From Eledone cirrhosa (lineage: Eukaryota), in assembly GCA_964016885.1 (NCBI GenBank), contig OZ024746.1, forward strand, positions 29,946,001 through 30,010,000: DNA of 64,000 bases. Reading direction: 5' to 3'. Below are positions 45,860 through 59,970 of this stretch, piece after piece. The first letter of the stretch is position 1. Every line of letters starts with the position of its first letter. The notes under the pieces are model-generated. The model saw nothing but the letters and a program-made list of their open reading frames with translations. It was not told the DNA's origin and did no database searches. A program made the translations under genes and the position numbers.

Positions 45860-46156
45860 AAAACCACTGGTAGTGAAGGATCCCTAGCCTTTGTCAAGGC
45901 ATTCTTCTAGGAGAAGGCAACTTAGGAAACTGCGATAACTCCAACATAAAACCTGTGGCTCAGTAGTTACCGATAACGTTGATCTTTTCTTGTTTTCGGC
46001 TTATAGCTACTGTCGCTCAGAGAGTGGGATTGGCTCAGTGCACAGTTTTCCCTCACTTTCAAAAGTATCTTCACGCACACGCATTGCAAGATAACATTAT
46101 TAATAATGTTATATTGTGCAATGACCATACTCAATAACGAGGGGGCAGCCATCATC
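45860..46156 (+). mobile_element. Related, shorter subfamily of the bipartite element
   Basis: Shares TAGCCTTTGTCAAGGCA..TTCTAGGAGAAGG, GAGAGTGGGA.TGGCT..GTGCA and the terminal hairpin ..ACTCAATAACGAG..GGCAGCCA plus (ATGT)n. Confidence 0.65.
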
Positions 46157-47292
46157 ATGTATGTATGTATGTATGTATGTATGTATGTATGTACGTATAG
46201 GTATGCTTGTATAGGTATTACGTATATTTTAAAATCGAATGTAATGATTTGATGATGTCAATGGCGACCAGCAATATGTCGGTGTTTTTGTTGTTTTGGG
46301 TTTTGCTGTTGTCGTCGTCGTCCTCGTCGTTGTAATTATCAGTGTCGCTAGAGCTGTTACATATGTAATGTTAACATTAATCTAACATCAAATAGTATTG
46401 TAATTACAAAGCTTATATCAATGAAACAGCTTTGTAGTAAGGTCGCTAGAGAGTATTAATGTAATAAATACTACTACTGTTGAGATAACGTCTTGGTTGT
46501 ACTGTTTAATAGAGAAAGATGTACAATACGTTACACGTATTGATCAAATAGACAGGACAGAAGATTGAGACAGTTATGTAAAATATCGGAAGACGGGGAG
46601 ATTACTTTTGACTTCTAAGACTTAAAGATTATCACCTGCATTACAGTATTACAGAGTTCAGTAAGACATGTCAATGTTAAGAATAGAAATGTGACAACGG
46701 CAAAGTTTATATCTGTGTCTGTCTGTTTTCTGACTAGAAACATATTGGAATTGACTCCAATGGAATGGACATGCGTCGGTTTTGACGATGTGTGTTCCAA
46801 ATATAGGAACAAACGAACCGCTTCCTTATGAAATTAACATTCGAAGTAGGTGGGTATGGTGTACTGTTAACTTGTTAACTCAATTCGCAGGGAGTGCGTG
46901 TGTGTGTGGTGGTGGGGGGGGGGGGGGTCAAAGATATAATCCACCTTAAAATATTGTGTACGTGGCTGAATATTCCGCATACACTTGTATAATTAATTTC
47001 ATCACCAGGGAGATTTATTATGAAAGGGAATAAAACATGGCTGGAAATGTTGATTACATCTGCAATTAAACTTGTATTATAACAAAAATAGCCGAGTAAT
47101 CAACAGATATGTGTGCACTTAACATAATTCTCAGGGAGATCCAGTGTCTTATTGTGTGACTAGGCTAGCCCCTAGAATAACAGGTAAAGACTATATAACT
47201 AGATCCTACACAGTTTAATTTTACATATTTTCATTAAATTGTTTGGAGCAATCTGAGGCTATTGGAAATGAATGTTGGCCAAGATGTCACTG

Positions 47293-47466
47293 TGGTGGTA
47301 TGGCAGTACCGGTAGAGGGTCAGACGCCATGCTTTCCAGCATAGAGTTGCGTCCCTTTATGATCTGTGTTCAAATCCCGCCAAGGTTAATTTTGCCTTTC
47401 ATCCTTACGGCGTTGATAAAAATAAAGTACTGGCATAATTGCTCGCCTTGTGCCAAAAGTAGAAAC
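47293..47466 (+). mobile_element. Family A SINE
   Basis: TGGCAGTACCGG..GTTCAAATCCCGCC..GTAGAAAC. Confidence 0.85.
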
Positions 47467-47819
47467 ATGATAATCAAACCCAGGACATTCTGATTACAGA
47501 GTGAACTTGTTAACCATACGGATATGCTGCCTCTACTGAAATATATTCATGTACAGAAACTTCAGAAAGATACTATATATGTTCACATTCACTTTGATGT
47601 TATATATATAGTCAAAACAAAAAATGTAAAAAATCTATAAAAAGTGCCAAAGTTTGCGAATTTTATTCGTGTAAGCAGAAAAATAACTGAAAAACATAAT
47701 CGATCCACGATTATAGATTGTTGATCAAAAGGTATAGATAAAATGTCAATGATATCGGAATATCTGTAAAATTTATCGTATGTATCGAATTAAATTTGAA
47801 ATATTTGAGTATAAATATA

Positions 47820-47900
<81 letters not shown>

Positions 47901-48014
47901 CTGTCTGAGTGTGCGGTGTGAGTGTGTGATAGTTAAGAAGTTCGCTAATATATATATATATATATATATTTGCGGAGGGTCATATTGTTATGAAATTTAT
48001 ATAACCTATATATG

Positions 48015-48059
<45 letters not shown>

Positions 48060-48660
48060 TAAAATAACAGATTAAAGTTTAAGCAAAGAATCGCTGCTTT
48101 CACCCTTAACGGGATCTTCTGTATATATATCTGTATATATATATATGTTATTCAGTAATGTTCTTGATTACTGGAGCTAGTACTAATGCGGGCACTCGAT
48201 GCTTTAGAAGATTGTAAATATCAAGTTTATAATTCTTGTTTTTAATATCGACCGTAAATAGATGTCACGGTTGATTCGAATGAGATCTATATCGCTGCGT
48301 TAGACATGATTCCAGCAACGATCTGCTCTTTAGACGTGTTGACTCAATAAAAACACCCGCACGCACACACACACACCGACTTACACCCCCACCCCATGTA
48401 CACACCGGTTTCCCTATTACCCGAACATGGAACCTCGTTCTTCGCGCAACTCTCGTACTCACATCCACACACACATACACACATACACACACACCACCTT
48501 CATCCCTCCCCGCTCGGAAACCCATCTCCCTCTCCCCTCTCAACCCCCTCCACCCACCACCACCTCTACACGCCTCACACCCTTTCACCACTTGTTTCTA
48601 TTTATTTTTATTTTTTTTACTCTAAAAAAAAATCTGCCCCCTATTCTCAAGCGTGAAACT

Positions 48661-48813
48661 AATAATTGTTTCTACTTTTGTCACAAGGCCAGCAATTTCC
48701 CAGTGCATTACTGGTACTTTATTTTATCGACCCCGTAAGGATGAAAGGCAAAGTCCACCTCGGCGGGATTTGAACTCAGATCGTAAAGGGACGTAACTAT
48801 GCTGGAAAGCATG
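48661..48813 (-). mobile_element. Family A SINE, 5'-truncated
   Basis: Reverse complement of 44188-44340 with few differences. Confidence 0.88.
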
Positions 48814-48974
48814 AACAATTGTACTGCCTCTTCGCTTCCACATGTTTTTGTTTTCTGTTCACTGTCTCAACTTTACATAGGACATTGCCCTCGTAAGATG
48901 TGAGCCTACTCTGTATGTATTTGAACTGAATTAGCTCCACTTTCTATATCAGCAGCAGGTATAACTGCTTATGT

Positions 48975-49960
48975 AAAGACGCGTGACATAAGGGTTCATG
49001 TGTTTTGTTTCTGGATCGTAAGTTTGTGAGTTTGATTCCGGGTGGCACATATTTTCTTTCAGCATGGCGCTTCATTTCACATTTCTGGCAAAAATGAGTT
49101 GTACCAATACTCCATAGCGCTGACTCTCCCTTAGAATTACGTTAAACGTAAACGTGTATGTGGAATCCTCATCCACTTGCACATTAATTTTATAAGCAGT
49201 TGGATCTGCTGATCGCATCAACTGGAACACTGGTTACCAGGACCGGCGTTGCTCGAATATTGTATTATGTAATTATTTTTCGTTTCAGTTATTATATTTA
49301 TAGTTATTCTAAGGTGATTTTAAAAGGATATTACCTACGTAACATTTGATATATTAACTGAAATTTTTTTAAAATATATGAATAATAATGCTTTCCTCAG
49401 CAGAAATATGAAACTATCGATTTCCGCTGGACATAAACGACGAATATTAGTAAACAAAAAGAAGCAACGCTAAAATATAGCGCCCTCTGTATATTACTGG
49501 TATCTATTTAATACAGGCATCTCTTATGTGAGGGGCAAATAGATCTGAATACTAGAGCACATTCAGTTCTTTAATTATTTTTTTAACACTTCCCGAACAA
49601 AGTACATCGATTCTTCTTTCAGCTCACAGTGCTCTCATATCAAATCCCACCGAAGTCAACTTTTATCGTTTTTAGGCAATTACCAGTCCAGTATTGAGGT
49701 TGGTTCTCTCTCTTTCTCTCTCTCCACCACACACACACTCTCTCTCTCTCTCTCTCGAATAAATTGTCGGTCAACATGCTTAGCGGCATAGAGTTATGGT
49801 CTTTATGTTCTGAGTTCAAATCCCGTCGAGTTTGCCTTGCCTTTCATTTTAACCGGTTGGATAAAATGAAGTACGAGTAATGCACTGGCGATCATTTTAT
49901 TTCGACTTTCCCTTTCCACTAAAATTGTTGGCCTTGTGCCTAAATCAGAAACCATTATTA
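48975..49960 (+). mobile_element. Family B SINE (48975-49250) and family A SINE (49765-49960)
   Basis: GAGTTTGATTCC..GGCAAAAATGAGTTGTACC..CAACTGGAACAC, and GAGTTCAAATCCCG..GGCCTTGTGCCTAAATCAGAAAC. Confidence 0.7.
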
Positions 49961-51208
49961 CAGACACCGGCATTGAGACGACCACATTTATTTATTACTT
50001 TATATTGTAGTAAAAGTTTGGCTCTGATATAACTGTCAATGATTGTATTGCTTCAAGGTACGATTTAAATTCCAACCGTATTTCAAATCACGTTTTTTTG
50101 TATTCTTTCTTTCTTGAATACTTATCCCATAATTATGAAAGTCTAAAAATGTAAGTCAGAATTTTACCGCGAGGAAATCTTCTGTGTCTTGCTTCATGTT
50201 TCCATATCTATTATTTTCTTTACCTGATAATCTCAGTATTTCTATATATGAACCAGATTTTTACTATCTACTGACTGCGGTGTTGATCCTGGTAGTAATG
50301 CCAGTCTCACCAACAAAGGGGATTAAGCCATAGATCTAACATCCGAATAAAAATCGATTCAGTAATGTAATGAATAGTGGTTTCTACAACACTAGAAATT
50401 CCCCCTCTCTCTCTCCCTCTCTCTCTCTCTCTATTAGTTTACGACCTCTTTTATACCATAAACGTGGTTTTGTCTTTGCGCGTAATTGTTTTTCACCGCT
50501 CCTATTAATGACGTATTATTCGTTTTTTCCCGTTCTTTGCCAGCGAACGTTACCACGAACCAAAGTATCGTCTTCCTGTCTTCCTCCGGTTGCAACGTTT
50601 TTTTAAATATCCAGTTCTGCGTTTACAGATTGACTTTGTTAGTTACAGAAGATCCCGTTAAGGGTGAAAGCAGCGATTCTTTGCTTAAACTTTAATCTGT
50701 TATTTTAATATATATATATATAGGTCTATAGATTTTTCCATGGATTTTACTAAATTCTGTGGATGAATTTGTATCCTGATTCTCTTTTGAGATGAGTTTG
50801 AGTTATTTTTCCTAAATCTTTCGTTAACTACTTTTCCCATCTTGACGTTATAGTCGCATATATGTTATAGAATGCCGTTAGCTTCTTGCTAAAACAATCT
50901 CTATACGTCTCATTTATATTTATACTCGGATTCTTTTCCTAGAGTGCTTAAACTATCTGTGACTAATCCCGGTTTTTTTCATAAAAACTGTGATAATTAT
51001 TGCTATTTTGCTGAACTCCTTGTAGAGTTTTTTTCAGAATGTATTTGACTGCTATTTCTTGTAAATAAACATTCACTTCCATCCTGACGTCACTAGCCCC
51101 GTTTTTTCCTCATGTGCTTTTTCATAAATACACATGAAGGCGAACTAGCCAGTTTTAGAATTCCCTTTTTCGGACTATATTACTGTGAGAGCCCTGGTTT
51201 TCTGTTGA

Positions 51209-51290
51209 GCTCTGCTGATGAATGATATTCCAACCGTGACCGTCTCCACTGAAAGTTTTCATGAAATAGTCTTTTAAGACTATACAGAGC
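51209..51290 (+). ncRNA. Type I hammerhead ribozyme with full stem III (unit 1)
   Basis: GCTCTG-CTGATGA-ATGA[33-nt loop]TCAT-GAAA-TAGTCTT tt AAGACTA-TA-CAGAGC; predicted cleavage after A51284 (AUA). Confidence 0.88.
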
Positions 51291-51837
51291 ATTTGATGTT
51301 ATTCCAAATTGAAGGATAAGTGTTTCAGACTTTGTTTTATCATGAGTTAAAGGTCTATAGATTTTTCCATGGATTTTACTAAATTCTGTGGATGAATTTG
51401 TATCCTGATTCTCTTTTGAGATGAGTTTGAGTTATTTTTCCTAAATCTTTCGTTAACTACTTTTCCCATCTTGACGTTATAGTCGCATATATGTTATAGA
51501 ATGCCGTTAGCTTCTTGCTAAAACAATCTCTATACGTCTCATTTATATTTATACTCGGATTCTTTTCCTAGAGTGCTTAAACTATCTGTGACTAATCCCG
51601 GTTTTTTTCATAAAAACTGTGATAATTATTGCTATTTTGCTGAACTCCTTGTAGAGTTTTTTTCAGAATGTATTTGACTGCTATTTCTTGTAAATAAACA
51701 TTCACTTCCATCCTGACGTCACTAGCCCCGTTTTTTCCTCATGTGCTTTTTCATAAATACACATGAAGGCGAACTAGCCAGTTTTAGAATTCCCTTTTTC
51801 GGACTATATTACTGTGAGAGCCCTGGTTTTCTGTTGA

Positions 51838-51919
51838 GCTCTGCTGATGAATGATATTCCAACCGTGACCGTCTCCACTGAAAGTTTTCATGAAATAGTC
51901 TTTTAAGACTATACAGAGC
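51838..51919 (+). ncRNA. Type I hammerhead ribozyme (unit 2, identical)
   Basis: Same sequence shifted by 629; predicted cleavage after A51913. Confidence 0.88.
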
Positions 51920-52197
51920 ATTTGATGTTATTCCAAATTGAAGGATAAGTGTTTCAGACTTTGTTTTATCATGAGTTAAAGGTCTATAGATTTTTCCATG
52001 GATTTTACTAAATTCTGTGGATGAATTTGTATCCTGATTCTCTTTTGAGATGAGTTTGAGTTATTTTTCCTAAATCTTTCGTTAACTACTTTTCCCATCT
52101 TGACGTTATAGTCGCATATATGTTATAGAATGCCGTTAGCTTCTTGCTAAAACAATCTCTATACGTCTCATTTATATATATATATATATATATATAA

Positions 52198-52266
<69 letters not shown>

Positions 52267-53132
52267 TCTCTCTTCCTCTCTCTCTCCATGCAATTCTGCT
52301 TAGTATTTATCCATCTGAAATAAACTTAGGGGTCTCGGACACAACTTTTGTACATCCAGACCTGATCTCGCAGATTTGGTTACGAGAAAATAATTTTTTA
52401 GTGTAACCATATGCTTATTGTATAAAAACTTATAATATATGTATATATATGTTTTCGTATACACCCCTATTAGGCTTAAAGGCTACCTTAGTCCTACTGT
52501 CTATTAATTATCAACGGCAGACAGGTTTTCACTATATGCAAATAGGATTCCTAGTAAATGTTGATCACGCAAATACTATAGAGACTCTAATCTATTTTCG
52601 TTCCGATACGGGTAGCATGAGTGTCACTCATGAAGGATTAACAAATCTTGAAAATGAGCTGTCTGGCATCCTCAAGCGTACTGGCATTCGTGTGTAAACC
52701 ACTGAGGAAAACAGAGAGGAAAACCTTTTTACATTACGTGAAAATATATTTGATTGAAAACAAGCCCACCCATATGTTTATTGTGTATAAAACGTATGAG
52801 ATATGTCTTGATATACACTCTTTTATGCTTAAAAGCTGCCTTACGATTACTCATCCCACAAAATGCCATGTTACTCTGATACAAATACCTTTATACACAA
52901 CTACCATTATACACAGCTACCTTTACACATCCAACGTTACACATCTACATTTACACACTACTACCTTTACACACATACACACGACTTCTTTTAGACACAA
53001 CTTTCAATTAGACGACAGATTTTCAATAAGATTATAACACATACTATTTCCTTTTCAAAATTCCCCTCTACGTATAAGGAAAATTAAAATTCACACCCAC
53101 ACACCCAGACACACACATACACACCCACACCC

Positions 53133-54910
<1,778 letters not shown>

Positions 54911-55743
54911 CATAATTATACACGAATATTCATTTAATAACGTTGCAATTTATATGCTCGATGCCATTATTTTTAATGAATTCATTAAAATTTTCAATTA
55001 CGACGAATCTTACTAATTGTTTATGGTTATAATTTATACGAGAAAATAAATCATACGCTCCATCCACTTATACTACACCACCGCCATCACCACTCGATGG
55101 ACTTCCGTTGCTTTCGACGATGACTGTCACAATTGTTCTATCATCAGTTCAATATGCTGATGAAATGATTGTGTGTATGGCTGAGAAAATTTCATAGACT
55201 GACTCTGAGGAAACGATATTAGGGCTGTAAAATCTTGCATGCATGAATTTCTATTCTTCTTATTAATAACTGCATTGTTTATACGGACTACAGACCTGTT
55301 AATACTCCCCGTCCGATAGGGAGATCTCTCACCGATTATGGAGTGGGGGAGGGATGCCATCTGAAAATCTGCATAGCTTTCATTATTCAAATTCTCCCCA
55401 TTTGGCATAATTTCTCCCCGTTTTGGGGTCACTTTAATTAGGTTTTTATAAATTGGCAGGTCTGGGACTATATGACTTTACGTCAGTTCACACGATTGAA
55501 AATAGATACCACCTGCATCTATGAGTTAGCCCAAAGCCAGTTTGGGAGTTCCCTGCCGGATTGGAGTGGAGGGGTCGCGATCTTTTACTGTCTCTTCCTT
55601 AATGCCCCTTTTCTTCTTGCGCCTCAGATTGTTGTCGTTCACCTGATCTTAATCAGTGATCAGTAATCAGTTTCCAGGGCCCAAGAAGTCAACAAAACCT
55701 GGACAATCTCCGGGCTTAGTCTAACCCTGTGAATTATGAAAAC

Positions 55744-55858
55744 ACGGACGTAAAACGATAACTATATACGATATACGGACGTAAAACGATAACTATATAC
55801 GATATACGGACGTAAAACGATAACTATATACTATATACGGACGTAAAACGATAACTCT
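55744..55858 (+). repeat. 31-bp minisatellite, ~3.7 copies
   Basis: ACGGACGTAAAACGATAACTATATACGATAT at 55744, 55775, 55806 and 55837. Confidence 0.92.
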
Positions 55859-57122
55859 ATAACATTGGAAATAACTGTGTCTGTTTTAACTAGTCACACA
55901 ATAAGGTGTGACTAAACGTCTACCAGTTTCGACATTACCTTTTCAAATATACTTGGCCAACAAGTGTACTAATATAGTATAGGTATCAGTTAAAGTGTGC
56001 GTAGGGGGAGGATCAATTTCTTTTCAATATATGATGAGAAATCGACTTAGTGTAAACAGGTCAATACTAATATGTAAAATATTTTCTTTGAAAAAATTCT
56101 CATGCGGTCGAAAAATGACTGATAACAAACTGATAAATAATAAATCCAATATTGACTGCAGAGACGTAAATTAGAAATAGACTAAGTATAAAAAATACAG
56201 ATATGTGTAACAAATATTTTAGTCATATCACAAGTCCAATATTTGTGAGGGAGACAGACGAATAGTAGCTATAATAAATCACTATATGGTTACGATACAG
56301 CAATAGCTGACTGGTAAAGACGTGCGTCACGTATGTGAAGTTATGTAGATAGAAACAGTGTGGAAGCCTGTCGGAGGTATTGTAACAGTAATTCAGCAAT
56401 CCAGACTTGTCACATATTGTGTCACGCCCATTCGGTATCGGGATTAGGTTAAACGTACACGGAATATTCAGCCACTTATATGACAATACAAGATTGACTC
56501 TACCAGAATTCAAAGATCTACTCTGTCACACCGATTCGCCTTGGGAAGTAGGTTAAGCGTACACATGTCTGAGGAATACTCAACCACTTACACTATAAAA
56601 CAAGATGTCCGTGAGAGTGTAATTGTGTAGATCGTAAGAAAACTGGGAACTACTCAGCCCCTCACACGTTATTTCACGAATTGAACGTTCAATTGATCCA
56701 ACAAGTAAATGTTCATCTTTAGAGACAAAGTTGTTTTTTCATCTAACTTTATCATAACTATGATTAGCTTGATAGTTAATAAAAACAGGTATTGTAGCTA
56801 ATTGTAAACAAATAGGAAGTTTGTCAATGTGTATGTGACAGGTGTACGTTGTAACGTTTTAACACTTTATGACAAGCCATGCCATACCTTCAACACCATA
56901 ACACCTGATAAAGGTGTTGGGCCACTGACATTTTATGTAGTGTGTTTTGGCTTGGGTATTTTATGATGGAGCACAGAATAGAATTTATTGTATGTTTCCA
57001 AGGAGACGATAAAAATATATGCGGTTCTGTATTTACTACAATGATTTAAGTTTCTACTGAACATAATGAACTATGAGGTTGATTTTTTTCCAGAGGTGAA
57101 GTGGGGCAGAGAGAGAGAGAGA

Positions 57123-57169
<47 letters not shown>

Positions 57170-57403
57170 AGAGAGAGAAAGAGAAACGGTGAGTGGGGTG
57201 AATTATGATTAATAAAGAGATAAAGAGCTCTTACTTTATCGACTTCCAAAAGATGTAAGGTTTAAGTTTTCAACGATGCGATATGAACTTAGAGTGCAAA
57301 GTGAAGAGCAAATAAAGGACATCATGCTTTGTGGCACAGAGTTACGGTCCTTTACCTTCTGAGTTAAAATTTCTCCGAGGCTAGCTATACCTTTCATCCT
57401 TAA

Positions 57404-58361
57404 TCTATATATATAAAACTGAGGTTGTCTGTCTGTCTATCGATTTTTGGCACACATCTCCTCTTAGAATCTCTCACGGAATTGCACCGAAATTGCTATA
57501 CTTGTACATTGAGCCCTGGCGAAGACATCGGAAAAAAAATATTTCAAATTGACCCGCCCTATCTGACGAAATCGAATATAATGTATCGATTTTTGAGCGT
57601 AAGTGATCAGTTATTTCCCTTTGTTCTGTTTACATTGAGCGTCTGCGTGCAAAAATTAAAAAAATTACGCTGGCTTTCTCAGCGTTTAAAATGACATTAA
57701 CACAATACACGAACAGTTGTCGAGCCAGCAAAATTTTGACCTGCAAAATTCATCAGTTCGAACACTAAACTTCCGTTTTGCTTCATTTCCATTTAAAAGC
57801 CTTTTAAAACAATATTTTTACTTGAAAACAAGTCTATTTAAAGACTACGTAAAACAAGCAAATATTCCGTAAAAAAAAGCAAAAATTATATAAGTTTATT
57901 TAAAATATATGTATCTGTAAATTTCGTTAGGCGTGCAGACAGACAGTCGTGCAGAGAGGTGATATACGCGTGCAGACAGATAGTCGTGCAGAGAGGTGAT
58001 ATACGCGTGCAGACAGACAGTCGTGCAGAGAGATGATATAGGCGTGCAGACAGACATAACTGATAATTTGGTTACGCTAATGTTTTTCTCTGCGTTGCAG
58101 TGTTTACATTTTCGATCTTTGTTAATAAATAACCAGTGCAGTTTTTATCCCCAGCATCCTCTTTTGTTATAACATTCGGGTTATCGTTATGTTTTCTTAA
58201 CTTCATAAGGCATATTGTTGGTTGAGGGAATATTAATCAAAAACACCACATGCAAGTCTGCACAGTAGACACTACAGTTTTTAAGCCAAAAAAGAAACTT
58301 AACATTGTAACTTTAACACAGCTACTGAGCGACCCCGAGCAACGCCGGGCTTTACTGCTAG
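57404..58361 (+). mobile_element. Non-autonomous Helitron (958 bp) inserted into a family A SINE
   Basis: 5' TCTATATATATAAAA after host A57403; 3' GC-rich hairpin CCCGAGCAACGCCGGG then CTAG, followed by host T58362; no TSD. Flanks rejoin to ..CCTTTCATCCTTAA|TAAGACTATAAAAT..CCAGTAATGCACTGGG (SINE body). Confidence 0.85.
57931..58056 (+). repeat. 37-bp minisatellite (~3.4 copies) inside the Helitron
   Basis: GCGTGCAGACAGACAGTCGTGCAGAGAGGTGATATAC repeated. Confidence 0.9.
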
Positions 58362-58802
58362 TAAGACTATAAAATGATTTGCCAGTAATGCACTGGGATG
58401 GATTTAATCAAATTTCCCCTGCCCTTGTTGCTGAATCAGAAAACCTTATTAAGAAGTGAAGAAACATCAGTATAACTGTTTGATATGTATTAAAAATTGA
58501 TGAAATGAGTCTTTCTGTAGCACAGGCTATGAGTGTGTGCGTGTATATGTCTCAATGTGTGTGTCTGTGCGTGCACGTGTGTGCGCGTGTGTGTACGTGA
58601 ATGTATGGGGGTGAATATGTGTGAGTATGTCTATGATTTGTGTATGTGTGTGTCTGATCCCCTCCTCTGTATGTGTGTGCCTGTATCTCTTTATCTCTCT
58701 ATCTGTGTATGTGTGTATCTAATCTTTCTCTTTGTTTATTTGTCACTGTATTTCTCTCTCTCTCTCCCTCTCTCACTCTCTCTCTCTCTCTCTCTCTATC
58801 TA

Positions 58803-58835
<33 letters not shown>

Positions 58836-58900
58836 TTGTATAATATATGTCTGTATTTCTGTCTTTGTATGTGTCTTTGTCTCTCTCTCTCTATAAATCC

Positions 58901-58954
<54 letters not shown>

Positions 58955-58955
58955 A

Positions 58956-58996
<41 letters not shown>

Positions 58997-59660
58997 CCCT
59001 CTGTCTGTATCCTCCCGAAAATATCAGTGATTAATGAGTAGGGAGCTGGTATAGGTGAATAACAACAATCAACAGATAAAAGAAACCGGAAATTATATCG
59101 CAAAATATTCAGTCGAACGCTCAAATTAGAATTGCCAATCCGCCCCCATTAATCTATACACATGCTTCGACTTATACACCACCACCACCACCACCCTCGA
59201 CTTATCCAATAATAATCAAATTTGTACGGGAAAGATACATTTAGATATTGGTATTTTGCCTGCAAATCTTTATAGCTTCGAAAATCTGATGTATAATTGT
59301 CATGGCGATCTTCCCTGAAATAGTTTTATATTATGTAAATATAAAATATGAAATATAAAATATCTAAGGAATAGTTGTATAAATATATGCAACGCTTATT
59401 TGTATTAATGTATCAATATATACATATATAGAATGTACAAACTTATAGGAATTGTAAATGTATAGGAAGCGTAGTTATAAATGACCGCGTCGAAATGCAT
59501 CAACAACAACAAAAATATTGTGTATATATTTGGGAACTGTTTACTAATAACCGGCACATTATTGATAAATAAATATCTATATATCTATATATCTATTCAG
59601 CTATCTATCTCTTTGATTATCTACTCTTATACATGTGCACACACACGCACACACACACAT

Positions 59661-59692
<32 letters not shown>

Positions 59693-59921
59693 GTATATAT
59701 GTATATCGTATATAGTTATATATATGAAACAAGATAATATATGAAATAAAAAATAGAATTTATTGTATATTTCCAGCAGAGCCGATGAAAATATATGTGG
59801 TGGAGTATTCATTACAATGATTCAAGTTTCCACTGAACATAATAAACTATAAAGAAATGATTTTCATTTTCATAGAAGTAGCTTATTACTTATAATACGC
59901 ACACACACACACACACATGCG

Positions 59922-59970
<49 letters not shown>

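Larger units (their letters stand above)
50722..52177 (+). mobile_element. 629-bp head-to-tail tandem repeat (2.3 units), one hammerhead per full unit; candidate non-LTR retrozyme / non-autonomous Penelope-like element
   Basis: GGTCTATAGATTTTTCC starts at 50723, 51352 and 51981 (period 629); no differences seen by eye; flanked by (TA)n; no ORF-track ORF in the full units. Confidence 0.75.

Noticed and set aside
50990-51085. Small minus-strand ORF (~39 aa, MEVNVYLQEI..) in the 629-bp unit
   Set aside because: Too short and featureless to support coding.
55127-55432. 101-aa minus-strand ORF and TCATCAG/CTGATGA inverted pair at 55141-55163
   Set aside because: No recognisable domain; no properly placed GAAA/stem III.
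55744-58056. 31-bp and 37-bp repeats as CRISPR arrays
   Set aside because: Contiguous tandem units without unique spacers, eukaryotic context, no cas genes.
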